In this document: piece after piece, positions 1-8,549 of the stretch | Layout of the letters: each line of letters opens with the position of its first letter | Position numbering within the stretch: position 1 is the first letter of the stretch | Origin: Candidatus Zixiibacteriota bacterium | Lineage (GTDB): Bacteria; Zixibacteria; MSB-5A5; GN15; JAAZOE01 | Direction: 5' to 3' | Assembly (NCBI GenBank): GCA_036480375.1 | Contig: JAZGGI010000008.1 | Coordinates: forward strand, 3,835 to 67,834 | DNA length: 64,000 nt | Notes under the pieces: model-generated | The model's input: the letters and a program-made list of their open reading frames with translations, nothing else | Told to the model about the DNA's origin: nothing | Databases searched by the model: none | Position numbers and translations under genes: made by a program

Positions 1-1
1 A

Positions 2-523
2 ATGCGCGTGGAGTCTGGTGCACTGACAGGTACTCTAAACCGGTTTGAAACGAAGTGGTCTGAACTCGCGCCGGATTATCCGATCGACTATATTATCTTG
101 CAAGAGGATATTGAGACTCGTTACAATGGCGAAGGGCAACTGGCGCATATGACCACCTATTTTTCGCTTCTTGCTATCACTGTAGCATGCCTGGGACTGC
201 TCAGTATTACCGCATTTTCAGTCGAACGCCGTGGTAGAGAAATCGCTGTTCGCAAGGTATTGGGAGCCACCGTTTTCAGTATCCTCGAACTGCTCTATAA
301 AGAATTGCTGGTCCTTGTATTGGCGGGAATCACAGTTGCCATTCCGCTTTCCTACTTTGTAATCAACCGCTGGCTGTCAAGTTTTGCCTACCAGGCGACC
401 TTTGGTTGGGAGTTTTTTGTCATATCAGTGGTCATCACTATCGTTATAACAGGACTCACGGTCAGTATTCAGACCGCTCGCGCGGCCCTGGCCAATCCGG
501 TGGATTCTTTAAGATGCGAGTAA
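2..523 (+). CDS. ABC-transporter permease, FtsX/MacB type, C-terminal fragment (5' end outside the window)
   Basis: The ORF is open to the window edge. It has hydrophobic TM segments and the family-typical tail ...QTARAALANPVDSLRCE. Confidence 0.7.
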   Translation: MRVESGALTGTLNRFETKWSELAPDYPIDYIILQEDIETRYNGEGQLAHMTTYFSLLAITVACLGLLSITAFSVERRGREIAVRKVLGATVFSILELLYKELLVLVLAGITVAIPLSYFVINRWLSSFAYQATFGWEFFVISVVITIVITGLTVSIQTARAALANPVDSLRCE

Positions 524-753
524 CCGATCTAATGTGTAACTTATGTAACAGTCATACAGGGTAAATCATTTCCAATTTTGTTGCAATTATCGTAAAGTTA
601 CTCTATTATTAAATGCGAATGCGGGAACCCACCGTCCCCGTTTCACGCGGACAATGGGCCACCGGACTAAATAAAATTGACAACCAAACGTTCACCTGTA
701 TCTTATTTGAAGCAAGCTATATTCTGAGATTTGTCTTAACGTCGGAGAAAAAT

Positions 754-1188
754 ATGTTAAAATATTGCGAGGGCATCAGGAATATCTCAGAAGATGATAT
801 TCTCAGGCTGTATAATTCGGTCAATTGGACCACCTATACAAAAGAACCGGAAAATCTTATCAAGGCCGTAACAAATTCTACCTACGTAGTTATCTGCACT
901 GAGAATGATAAGCTTATCGGCCTGGCGCGCTGTCTGTCTGACGACAGCGCTATCCACTACCTCCAGGATATTCTTGTTGATCCGGATTTCCAGCATCGGG
1001 GGATTGGCCGTGAACTTCTTAATCGATGTTTGAAGAGATTCGAACATGTCAGGTCGCATGTTCTTCTCACCGATGATGATGAAAAACAAAAACTCTTTTA
1101 TGAATCCGTCGGCTATACCAGTATAAAATCACTGAAAAAATCAGTTTTAAATTGTTATGTAAAAATGCCGGGAATGAATTTGGAGTGA
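754..1188 (+). CDS. GNAT-family N-acetyltransferase
   Basis: It has the acetyl-CoA pocket motif FQHRGIGRELL (Q/RxxGxG) and the typical ~145-aa size. I moved the start from 613 to ATG 754 (MLKYCEG...) because the 47 upstream codons look like non-coding read-through. Confidence 0.7.
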   Translation: MLKYCEGIRNISEDDILRLYNSVNWTTYTKEPENLIKAVTNSTYVVICTENDKLIGLARCLSDDSAIHYLQDILVDPDFQHRGIGRELLNRCLKRFEHVRSHVLLTDDDEKQKLFYESVGYTSIKSLKKSVLNCYVKMPGMNLE

Positions 1189-1269
1189 ATGGTTAGGAAT
1201 TACCTCGCAACAAGGTTGTGGTACCAATGCAGTGTATATATAAATCAAATAATAAAAAAATGTGGAATT

Positions 1270-2115
1270 TTAGTTTGCCAGAGTATCTGAAAGTATTAGA
1301 ACCTCTTTGCCCTTGCGAGATTTATAGGTATTATAAAACAAAGAATAATTTCTTAGTTTTCTGTTCGCGTAAAGCTCTCTTATTATACGATTATTGTCGT
1401 AAGTAAGAACCCAGTTGGAATCAGAATGTTCATTCAGCAAACTCGCGAGAAGTTCATGATCCGTATGTCTGTAATGATTAAGATACAAACAAGAACCTTT
1501 TTCATAATATGGCGGATCTAAATATATAAGAACATCTTTCTTGTCCAAGTAATCCTTTATTAATTGAATACCATCCTTTTGGGATATTTCAATCCTGTTA
1601 CGATATTCAGAAAGCTGTTCAATTCTTTTTGCCAAGTTATCCTTATTAAATCTGGCATCAATTTTCCATTTACCTTTTTGATCTATACCGCCAATGACCC
1701 CACCATCTATAATCCCTGAAACATTTGTTCGGTTTAGAAAGAATACTGCAAATCCCAAATCAAATCGTTTAGAGCGGCGATTTTGATATATCAGTCTTTG
1801 ATTTTTCCATTCTCTAATAGTAATTGGAGTAGAGTATATTTTCTTTATAAATTGACGCGTATCACAAATCGCAGATTTCCAAAAAGAATAAATGGCCTTA
1901 TCTAAATCATTTATTATTACGCTATCGACTTTTTCTAAATACAGTAAAGCTAAGGCTGCCCCAGCACCACCTGCGTACGGTTCTATATATGTAGTAGCTG
2001 ATTGAAATTTATTTTTTATCAATTTATCAAAGAATGGAAACAAAAACGTTTTTCCGCCAGGATATCGCAACGGGCTATAATGGTACTTATGATTTCTCTT
2101 ATTTGGTATTTTCAT
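1270..2115 (-). CDS. DNA N6-adenine methyltransferase, D12 class (Dam family)
   Basis: It has N-terminal LRYPGGK, the SAM motif EPYAGGAGAAL (FxGxG type) and the catalytic DPPY (YLDPPYYEKG), in the Dam-family order. Confidence 0.85.
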   Translation of the reverse strand: MKIPNKRNHKYHYSPLRYPGGKTFLFPFFDKLIKNKFQSATTYIEPYAGGAGAALALLYLEKVDSVIINDLDKAIYSFWKSAICDTRQFIKKIYSTPITIREWKNQRLIYQNRRSKRFDLGFAVFFLNRTNVSGIIDGGVIGGIDQKGKWKIDARFNKDNLAKRIEQLSEYRNRIEISQKDGIQLIKDYLDKKDVLIYLDPPYYEKGSCLYLNHYRHTDHELLASLLNEHSDSNWVLTYDNNRIIRELYANRKLRNYSLFYNTYKSRKGKEVLILSDTLAN

Positions 2116-2125
2116 AAAAGCTCCG

Positions 2126-3505
2126 CTACTTCGGGTTTAATATATATCTAAAAAGACTTTCCATAGAATCCCATGCCATTTCGACATCCTTATCAACTGC
2201 AAAAACACTAGGATTATGATTGGTAGCATTGAGAAACTGCGCCGAATACGATGTCATTGTATTATTGCTAATTATCCTCTGGGTGACTTGAGACAATTCC
2301 CTTTTCCTTATTTTGTCCATCTCTTTCTTGAACTCTTTTAGAACATCATCAAGAGAAACAAATTTTCCTCTTCTGGGAGGTGTTATAGTAACGCCCCTTT
2401 GAAGGAAGTATGCCTTTAATGCGCATTCAAGAAAGCTCCTTAAAAGATCATGAGCCGCATTTGGAAATTTGTGAAAATCAATGCTCTGCAACTCTATTAA
2501 CATTCTTCGGACTCCTGGAGCTTTTAATGTAAAAACTATATCTTTTGGAGCAAGCTTTTTTCTTCGCTTTATATTTGGTGGAATTTTTTCCTCGAAATCC
2601 TTACTCGATATTATTCTTGCTCCCTTGGATTGTTTTGGAATGCAAGATTTCGGTAAGGTGGAGAGATATTCACTTCTATTTTTTTCATTATTTAGTGCGC
2701 GAGAGTCTACAACTTTATCAACGACATCTTGAATAATTCTTTTGAATCCTTTTTCAAACTCAAGTTTAGCTATTCTAATTTTAACATCGCCATCTTTAGT
2801 GAATTCGAAGCCCAAGAAATTTCTTACATTTTTGTCTTCATACAATCTTTCCATGGTTGAAGCCGGAAACGATCTCTCATTGTGCACCTTTTTTGCCGTT
2901 TGTTCATTATCATAAGTGATAGATTTTGCTATTTTGTGGAAATTGATCAGTTTTAAGAATTTATCAATATCTACACCGGGATATTCTGTTCGCAATTCCT
3001 GGACGGTTTTGCCTCTTTTTAATTCCGCTTTATAGAAATATGCCTGTCTTAGTGGTCGCCACGGGCGTCTTGTATTTTGTGTATGTTTACTGGCAAGGAA
3101 GTGTCTTACCGATTCACGGTCAGGTGCTAAAATTACAGCAATACTTTTTGGAAATCGTCCTGCGCCTTTAATTAGTTTCTTTACATTTATTTCCTTCGTG
3201 GGTACAATCGCAGGTCGGGCAAGAACTTTGAGAGCCGCGACCCTTCTATTACCATCTATTACGGTGTACTTCTTACCTTCTTTGATAACCACAGGAACTT
3301 CATCGGGAAAAAACCCATTTATGGCCATACTCTCCAAAATTTGCATGGCATTTTCGTTTAAAAAGAGGTCATTAATCAGTGCGGCTTGGGATGATTTAAC
3401 CTCAATCTGTAATCTAATATTTTCAGGATCAAGAAACAATTCAGTGGTCCTCACTTTTTTTCTAGGCCATGATTCATAGTTTGGCTTTACCGATTTTGTT
3501 TTCAT
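2126..3505 (-). CDS. ParB/Srx-fold N-terminal domain protein; the C-terminal ~250 aa are of unknown function
   Basis: YTVIDGNRRVAALKVL matches the ParB box (GxRR). The gene is on the same strand as the methyltransferase and 10 nt upstream of it. I recognise no nuclease or HTH motif in the C-terminal half. Confidence 0.6.
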   Translation of the reverse strand: MKTKSVKPNYESWPRKKVRTTELFLDPENIRLQIEVKSSQAALINDLFLNENAMQILESMAINGFFPDEVPVVIKEGKKYTVIDGNRRVAALKVLARPAIVPTKEINVKKLIKGAGRFPKSIAVILAPDRESVRHFLASKHTQNTRRPWRPLRQAYFYKAELKRGKTVQELRTEYPGVDIDKFLKLINFHKIAKSITYDNEQTAKKVHNERSFPASTMERLYEDKNVRNFLGFEFTKDGDVKIRIAKLEFEKGFKRIIQDVVDKVVDSRALNNEKNRSEYLSTLPKSCIPKQSKGARIISSKDFEEKIPPNIKRRKKLAPKDIVFTLKAPGVRRMLIELQSIDFHKFPNAAHDLLRSFLECALKAYFLQRGVTITPPRRGKFVSLDDVLKEFKKEMDKIRKRELSQVTQRIISNNTMTSYSAQFLNATNHNPSVFAVDKDVEMAWDSMESLFRYILNPK

Positions 3506-3790
3506 ATTTAGTCCTTGATTTAGCTATCGTTATTTATCTATTTTTCAAAATTCTCAAATAATCAGAAAACGAAATTAACCGATGGGCGGGTGCTCCACTG
3601 CCTAAATAGTATAATTATTTTCATTCACTCAATTGCCCAAATTATGGATTCCCGTAAACGCATTTAATTATAGCATAATTATATGATAATGGCAATCACT
3701 TTATCGTTTTTCACAATTTTTACAAAATTTGCCATTAATTACTAACATCTCCCATTTTGTATGAAGAAAGGGAACACACCCCATCCCGCT

Positions 3791-3942
3791 GGGCTTGTTG
3801 AAAAAGTCTTGAAATGATCTTCAGCCTAAGGAATGGGGAAACATTTCGAATCGTAAGTTCTTGATACACAGCAGATCACAATTTTGTTTTCACAAAATCA
3901 AGATCTGCCGCAACTCTTGGCAGTGGTTTTTCAACACGCCCC
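3791..3942 (+). repeat. Copy A of a ~151-nt element bounded by 15-nt terminal inverted repeats (MITE-like element or structured RNA)
   Basis: The ends are GGGCTTGTTGAAAAA ... TTTTTCAACACGCCC. Internal hairpins are ATTTTGT/ACAAAAT (3881-3898) and CTGCCG/TGGCAG (3905-3923). It aligns without gaps to the reverse complement of 32005-32155 with 115/151 matches by hand count. Confidence 0.65.
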
Positions 3943-3969
3943 GCTTTGCGGGAAACCCCTCTCAAGACA

Positions 3970-3997
3970 GGCAAAAGCCTGGCCGGCAAAAGCTTGG
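3970..3997 (+). repeat. Tandem direct repeat GGCAAAAGCCTGG-CC-GGCAAAAGCTTGG in non-coding DNA
   Basis: It was read directly from the sequence: two 13-mers with 12/13 identity spaced by 2 nt. Confidence 0.5.
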
Positions 3998-4100
3998 TAG
4001 GGGAACAGGCGACGCCTGTTTTCAGGGCTCCTCGCAAGCGACTCCTGCAGGAAAAATATGAATGCTTTAGTAATCACCACCGATTTGATATGACCCAAAA

Positions 4101-4127
4101 CGTTAATCTGAGGAAACAAACCCATTT
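4101..4127 (+). repeat. 27-bp exact repeat, copy 1 (CGTTAATCTGAGGAAACAAACCCATTT)
   Basis: Its exact reverse complement occurs at 53524-53550. Identity stops at both ends. Confidence 0.9.
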
Positions 4128-4264
4128 GGGGAAGATGAAAATCCTCGCAATACGAAAAAGGACAAAACGAACCCAATTCTCCGCAATCCAAGACAAAACA
4201 GTAAATTACAAGGAATTTTCAAAAAATATTATGTGGATAACTTCTGCAAAAGCAGAATCAGTGA

Positions 4265-4302
4265 CCACAACAAAGCCCCGGTCGATTGCTCAACCGGGGC
4301 TT
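4265..4302 (-). terminator. Probable intrinsic terminator of the E1 dehydrogenase gene
   Basis: A 9-bp stem AGCCCCGGT/ACCGGGGCT with a 10-nt loop is followed on the minus strand by TTTGTTGTGG. It lies about 25 nt after the stop. Confidence 0.5.
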
Positions 4303-4326
4303 ATGGGTGCAGGAGATAGTATGCGG

Positions 4327-6624
4327 TCATTTATAACTCATGACTTCCTTAACGGCCGCCATGACTTTCTTATTATTGGGCAAACAAATATCATCGCCGT
4401 CAACTCCGTAAGCAACTCGCGAATCGATAGCGGTCACCAGTTTGACAGGCGCTTCAAGATAATTTATCGCGCTGCCCTGCGTAATAACACTCGAAATCGT
4501 CGCCGCCACCCCGCCGTGCCAGCGGTCTTCACTGATGACAACGACTCGCCCGCATTCCTCGGCAGATTTAATTATTGTTTCTTTATCCAAAGGACGCAGC
4601 GTCCGCAGATCGACAACCCGCACGCCGGTTCTTTCTTCCTTGAGAATCTCGGCTACCCGGCGAGCCAGATGAACCGTCGTACCATAGGTGATAATTGCGA
4701 CGTCTTTATGCTCGGGATAATAAACTTTGGCCTGCCCGAACGGGATCATTTCATCAAGTGGCGGATATTCGGTTTCGACCGGCACGCCTTCCCAATCGCG
4801 GCGGTTATACAGCGCTACCGATTCGCAGAAAAGAACCGGGTCGTTGCAGGCGTAGGCGGTGCGCAAAAGCCCGGCGGCATCATAAGCGTTCGACGGCACA
4901 ACAACATGAATCCCCGGCATATTGATAAAGGTACCGATATTGGCTTCGCTATGCCAGAACGCGCCCGCGCCCTGCTTATACCCGCCGTAGGAAACACGAA
5001 TCACCATCTGCGCCGTCCATTGACAATTGGAACGCTGATAGAGAGTGCAAATCCGATCTTTAAGAATTTGATACCCGGGCGATACATAATCGAGAAACTG
5101 AATTTCCGGAATCGGCCGACGGCCCTGAAAAGTATGCCCGATAGCGCGTCCGAGGATACCGGCTTCATCAAGAGGCGTATTGAAACTACGGCTCTGACCG
5201 AATTCACGCTGCAGGTTTTTGGAAAGGAGGAACACCCCGCCTTTGCCTTTGAGATTTTTCATCTTCTCGGGATGATTCAATATCTCGCCCGAAAAATCGC
5301 CGACATCCTCGCCAAAAACCAAAGCGTCTTTGGAATGAGCCAGAATTTCCATCAGGGAATAATTAATCGCCGAGCGCATCGTCATCGGCCCCAAATTTTC
5401 CGGGAGATCCGGTTTGGGGAAATATTTTTTCTTATGATACTCGGCGAATTTTTTCTTTCGGTCAATCTTAGCGGCCTTTAAAATTTCCGTCCAGGTTTTT
5501 TGAGCTTTTTCGAAAGTATAATCGTAAACTTTGGTTTCCACGTCCTCCAACCGTTTCGGTTGATAATCTTTGACCGCTTTTTCGGACTCCTCCATTACTA
5601 TTTTTTCAATCTCATCCCACATCTGGCCAATCTGTTTGGGAGTAATCGCGCCGTCTTTGATAAATGTCAAACCGGTTTTCAATGTGCAATCATTCTCGAT
5701 ATGCCATTTCTGCAAATCGGGATCCATGTAGAACGACTGGTCATCCGAACCGGAATGCGACTCCTCACGAGTAACTTTGACATTCATCAATACCGGCCCG
5801 GCCCCGCTGCGAGCGTAATCTATCGCCTGGCATACATTCTTGATCGATTCCTTTATATTAGTTCCGTCGAAGCGAAAGATTTTAAGACCAAAACGCTGAA
5901 ATCCCTCGAATGGTGTAGTTGGATCGCCTTCGGGGAATTGTTCTTCGACCGAAACCGAGATGGCCCAGCCGCAATTGTAAATTGCGTAAACATTGGGTGA
6001 TTTATCGAAGACCGAATAAAACACAGCCCGCGCAAATTCCGGCGAGGAGGTGCTTCCTTCACCGATGGAACAATATACGACAGCATCTTTGGGATAACGC
6101 CCGCCGGGAAACACTGCCTGTTTTGAAATAGGCGCCGGATGAATAATCGCTCCGCCCAGTCCGGCTGCCTCGAGAGCATGCGATCCCGTTGGCGATGCCT
6201 GAGGCAGAATTTCTTTGTCGAGATAAGCCGAATGGGATGGCTGAAGCATACCTCCCACCGCCTGACCGCGACGATCGCCAATCGCCTCCAGCATTTTTTC
6301 ATGAACCGATACGCCGCGATGCATATCAAAACCTTTATTGCGATAATACCCGCTAAAAGGATCATTAGGCCGAAGAATTTGCGCCGCGACAATATCAATC
6401 ATTTCCTTGCCGCCGCAACCGATTACAAACCTGCAATGGCCCTTTCGCAAAAGCAGCTTTTCTTCCATCTCGATGCGCCGAGCCAGAAGCATTGAGTAGA
6501 ACATTTTTCGCAGTTCGCTGACTTTCAGGCCGCCGTAAGCCGGCAATGCCTGTCCCGCTTTTTTGGCCGCACCTTTCCTGCCTTTATAATTCTTTAGTTT
6601 TTCCGCGAGAGCTTTTATATGCAC
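4327..6624 (-). CDS. Thiamine-diphosphate 2-oxoacid dehydrogenase E1 component, fused alpha+beta subunits
   Basis: The N-terminal half has an E1-alpha-like ThDP motif (IGEGSTS, about 26 residues, then NCGWAIS). The C-terminal half is E1-beta/transketolase-like (NTPLDEAGILGRAIG, IPEIQFLDYV). Confidence 0.8.
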   Translation of the reverse strand: MHIKALAEKLKNYKGRKGAAKKAGQALPAYGGLKVSELRKMFYSMLLARRIEMEEKLLLRKGHCRFVIGCGGKEMIDIVAAQILRPNDPFSGYYRNKGFDMHRGVSVHEKMLEAIGDRRGQAVGGMLQPSHSAYLDKEILPQASPTGSHALEAAGLGGAIIHPAPISKQAVFPGGRYPKDAVVYCSIGEGSTSSPEFARAVFYSVFDKSPNVYAIYNCGWAISVSVEEQFPEGDPTTPFEGFQRFGLKIFRFDGTNIKESIKNVCQAIDYARSGAGPVLMNVKVTREESHSGSDDQSFYMDPDLQKWHIENDCTLKTGLTFIKDGAITPKQIGQMWDEIEKIVMEESEKAVKDYQPKRLEDVETKVYDYTFEKAQKTWTEILKAAKIDRKKKFAEYHKKKYFPKPDLPENLGPMTMRSAINYSLMEILAHSKDALVFGEDVGDFSGEILNHPEKMKNLKGKGGVFLLSKNLQREFGQSRSFNTPLDEAGILGRAIGHTFQGRRPIPEIQFLDYVSPGYQILKDRICTLYQRSNCQWTAQMVIRVSYGGYKQGAGAFWHSEANIGTFINMPGIHVVVPSNAYDAAGLLRTAYACNDPVLFCESVALYNRRDWEGVPVETEYPPLDEMIPFGQAKVYYPEHKDVAIITYGTTVHLARRVAEILKEERTGVRVVDLRTLRPLDKETIIKSAEECGRVVVISEDRWHGGVAATISSVITQGSAINYLEAPVKLVTAIDSRVAYGVDGDDICLPNNKKVMAAVKEVMSYK

Positions 6625-6845
6625 AACTGCCTCCCCAAAAAATTTGATGATAGATTTTTGTATGAGACACCCGTAAATACTTCAATTTCATAACCGCTAT
6701 CAACTACTTTTTCCTACACCAAAATTGATTGCTCAATTTACCATTGAATCAAATACGCATATTATTATCCATAATTGGAGAAATTCTTGATTTGCCGCAC
6801 TCTTATGTACGATAACAGGATAGTCGCCTATGGACATAAAGGCGA

Positions 6846-6875
6846 TTGACAAATTTCTCTTTATATTTATATTAT
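6846..6875 (+). promoter_or_regulatory. Candidate sigma70-type promoter of the 6924 gene
   Basis: TTGACA (6846-6851), an 18-nt spacer, then TATTAT (6870-6875), about 48 nt upstream of the ATG. Confidence 0.3.
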
Positions 6876-6923
6876 GACAAAGACGATATAGAAACGAGCA
6901 CTTTTCCCTTAACCGGGGGACAA

Positions 6924-8480
6924 ATGAATCGGAAAATATCAAAAGTAATAGTCTTTATTTGCTGGGGCATTATATATTTTTTTCTGTCCGGTTGCGGCGG
7001 TAAACTGGCAGGGCCGGAAAATGATAAAGCTCAATTTGATATTAAAATTGAATACATGCGCGATGCATATTTGGGTCATTACAGACAAGCCTCTATAGAA
7101 TTCGCCGGCGATTTTTCGCAAATAACCGCTCTCGATTTAAGAATTACTTATGACCCGGCTTATGTAGATTTTGTCGAAGGATACGCTGGCGGTCTTCTCA
7201 TTGACAATAAATGGGAATATTTTACATATAGCTATATCCCACCGGTAGATTCCGGTGACATAAAAACCCCGCCTTTGCTGCATCTTTATGCATTCAACAA
7301 TATTAGCTTTGATCCTGTGCCCTTACAAGGTCAGACCGATGATTCAACATCGATTGCCGTTTTGACATTTATTACAAAAAATAATCATGATAATGACTGT
7401 TCGTTTTCGTCTATTAGATTTTACTGGGAAGACTGCTATGACAATCTACTATTCACCGATTTCCCCGACAGCGCGATTTGCGCCACAGCCGTCTATGATA
7501 CCGGTCAACTTGTCTGGTCTGGCAATGTGGATGAATTCGGAATTGGCATTATTCCATCCTTATGCGCCGAAGATTCGCAGGTGGTCTTTTCACCGACCGC
7601 CAATTTCATAAATGGTGGGTTTGGAATTATCTGTGATTCATTGATTAATGATCACCCTTGGTACGATCTGTATACTATCGCCACTGCGGTTATGATGACT
7701 AATTATTTCATATCGGGACCTGCGGCATTTGGAAGTCAAGCAGATTATTGGACAGAAAATACTGACTTTAATGCCAATGGTACACCTCTTGAAGTTGGAG
7801 ACTTAGTCTATCTTGTAAGGGTTATTGTGGGCGATGCCCTTCCATATTTGACTATTCCAGATTTGGGACCGGTTGAGATTATACATTTTATCGATGGAGA
7901 AAACAATTCAATTTATTACGAATCCCCTTATGATCTCGGGGCAATGTTGCTGGAATTCGACGTAACGAGCGATTTGTTCGAACCGATCCTGATTGATAAC
8001 GCCGCAGATATGGACATCGTTTACCACAACGATTCAGGGCAATTTAGAATACTGGTTTTCAATATAGGAACTGAAAAAATCGAAGAGGGCAATGGCGGTA
8101 TTTTAGGCTTTCAATCAGCAGGTGAAGTCAATTTGAACTATGCCGAGATTTCCCATTATCACGGCGAAAATGTTCCGGTTGAAATCAACGATGAACCGGT
8201 TGTCTTCGAATTAATGCAAAATTACCCTAATCCGTTTAGCTCATCGACCGCAATACAAATCGCTCTGGCCTTTGAATCCGATTGGGCTATTGAAATATTC
8301 AATATATATGGCGAAACGATTCGAAAATTTAACGGTCATTCCGCGCCGGGTATGATTGAAATTATATGGGACGGCAAAGACGATCACGGTAATGATGTCC
8401 CCGGCGGTGTCTATTTCTACCGTGCCACTGTCTGTGACCAGATAATAACTAAAAAGATGATGCTCCTGAGAGATCTATAA
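6924..8480 (+). CDS. Surface lipoprotein with a cohesin-like N-terminal module, one dockerin-like segment and a T9SS-type C-terminal sorting domain
   Basis: The start was moved to ATG 6924 (MNRKISKVIVFICWGIIYFFLSGC, lipobox LSGC). ITALDLRITYDPAYVDFVEG is cohesin-like. DFNANGTPLEVGDLVYLVRVIVG is a dockerin-like EF-hand. The C-terminus is LMQNYPNPFSSSTAIQIAL...GGVYFYR. Confidence 0.7.
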   Translation: MNRKISKVIVFICWGIIYFFLSGCGGKLAGPENDKAQFDIKIEYMRDAYLGHYRQASIEFAGDFSQITALDLRITYDPAYVDFVEGYAGGLLIDNKWEYFTYSYIPPVDSGDIKTPPLLHLYAFNNISFDPVPLQGQTDDSTSIAVLTFITKNNHDNDCSFSSIRFYWEDCYDNLLFTDFPDSAICATAVYDTGQLVWSGNVDEFGIGIIPSLCAEDSQVVFSPTANFINGGFGIICDSLINDHPWYDLYTIATAVMMTNYFISGPAAFGSQADYWTENTDFNANGTPLEVGDLVYLVRVIVGDALPYLTIPDLGPVEIIHFIDGENNSIYYESPYDLGAMLLEFDVTSDLFEPILIDNAADMDIVYHNDSGQFRILVFNIGTEKIEEGNGGILGFQSAGEVNLNYAEISHYHGENVPVEINDEPVVFELMQNYPNPFSSSTAIQIALAFESDWAIEIFNIYGETIRKFNGHSAPGMIEIIWDGKDDHGNDVPGGVYFYRATVCDQIITKKMMLLRDL

Positions 8481-8549
8481 AAATAAAGGCAAGAGCGTAA
8501 TTCCTGGCTTTAATACATATTCCAAAATCTCAATTTACTCAATTGAAAA

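Larger units (their letters stand above)
1189..3790. other. AT-rich two-gene islet (compositional anomaly), possibly horizontally acquired
   Basis: Hand counts of 60-nt samples give 28% G+C at 1501-1560 and 30% at 2701-2760. The flanks give 55% at 901-960 and 43% at 5001-5060. No mobility gene lies inside. Confidence 0.5.

Noticed and set aside
1218-1406. A 62-aa plus-strand ORF at the left edge of the AT-rich islet. I considered it as a possible small controller (C) protein or toxin.
   Set aside because: It overlaps the 3' end of the methyltransferase gene on the other strand. It is Lys/Asn/Tyr-rich as expected from AT-rich DNA and has no HTH pattern.
3946-5481. A 511-aa plus-strand ORF, the second-longest ORF in this region.
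   Set aside because: It runs antisense through the fused E1 dehydrogenase gene, which has clear family motifs. Its product is low-complexity and Arg-rich with no motif. It is a shadow ORF. The same reasoning applies to 5500-6000, 5853-6398 and 6139-6495.
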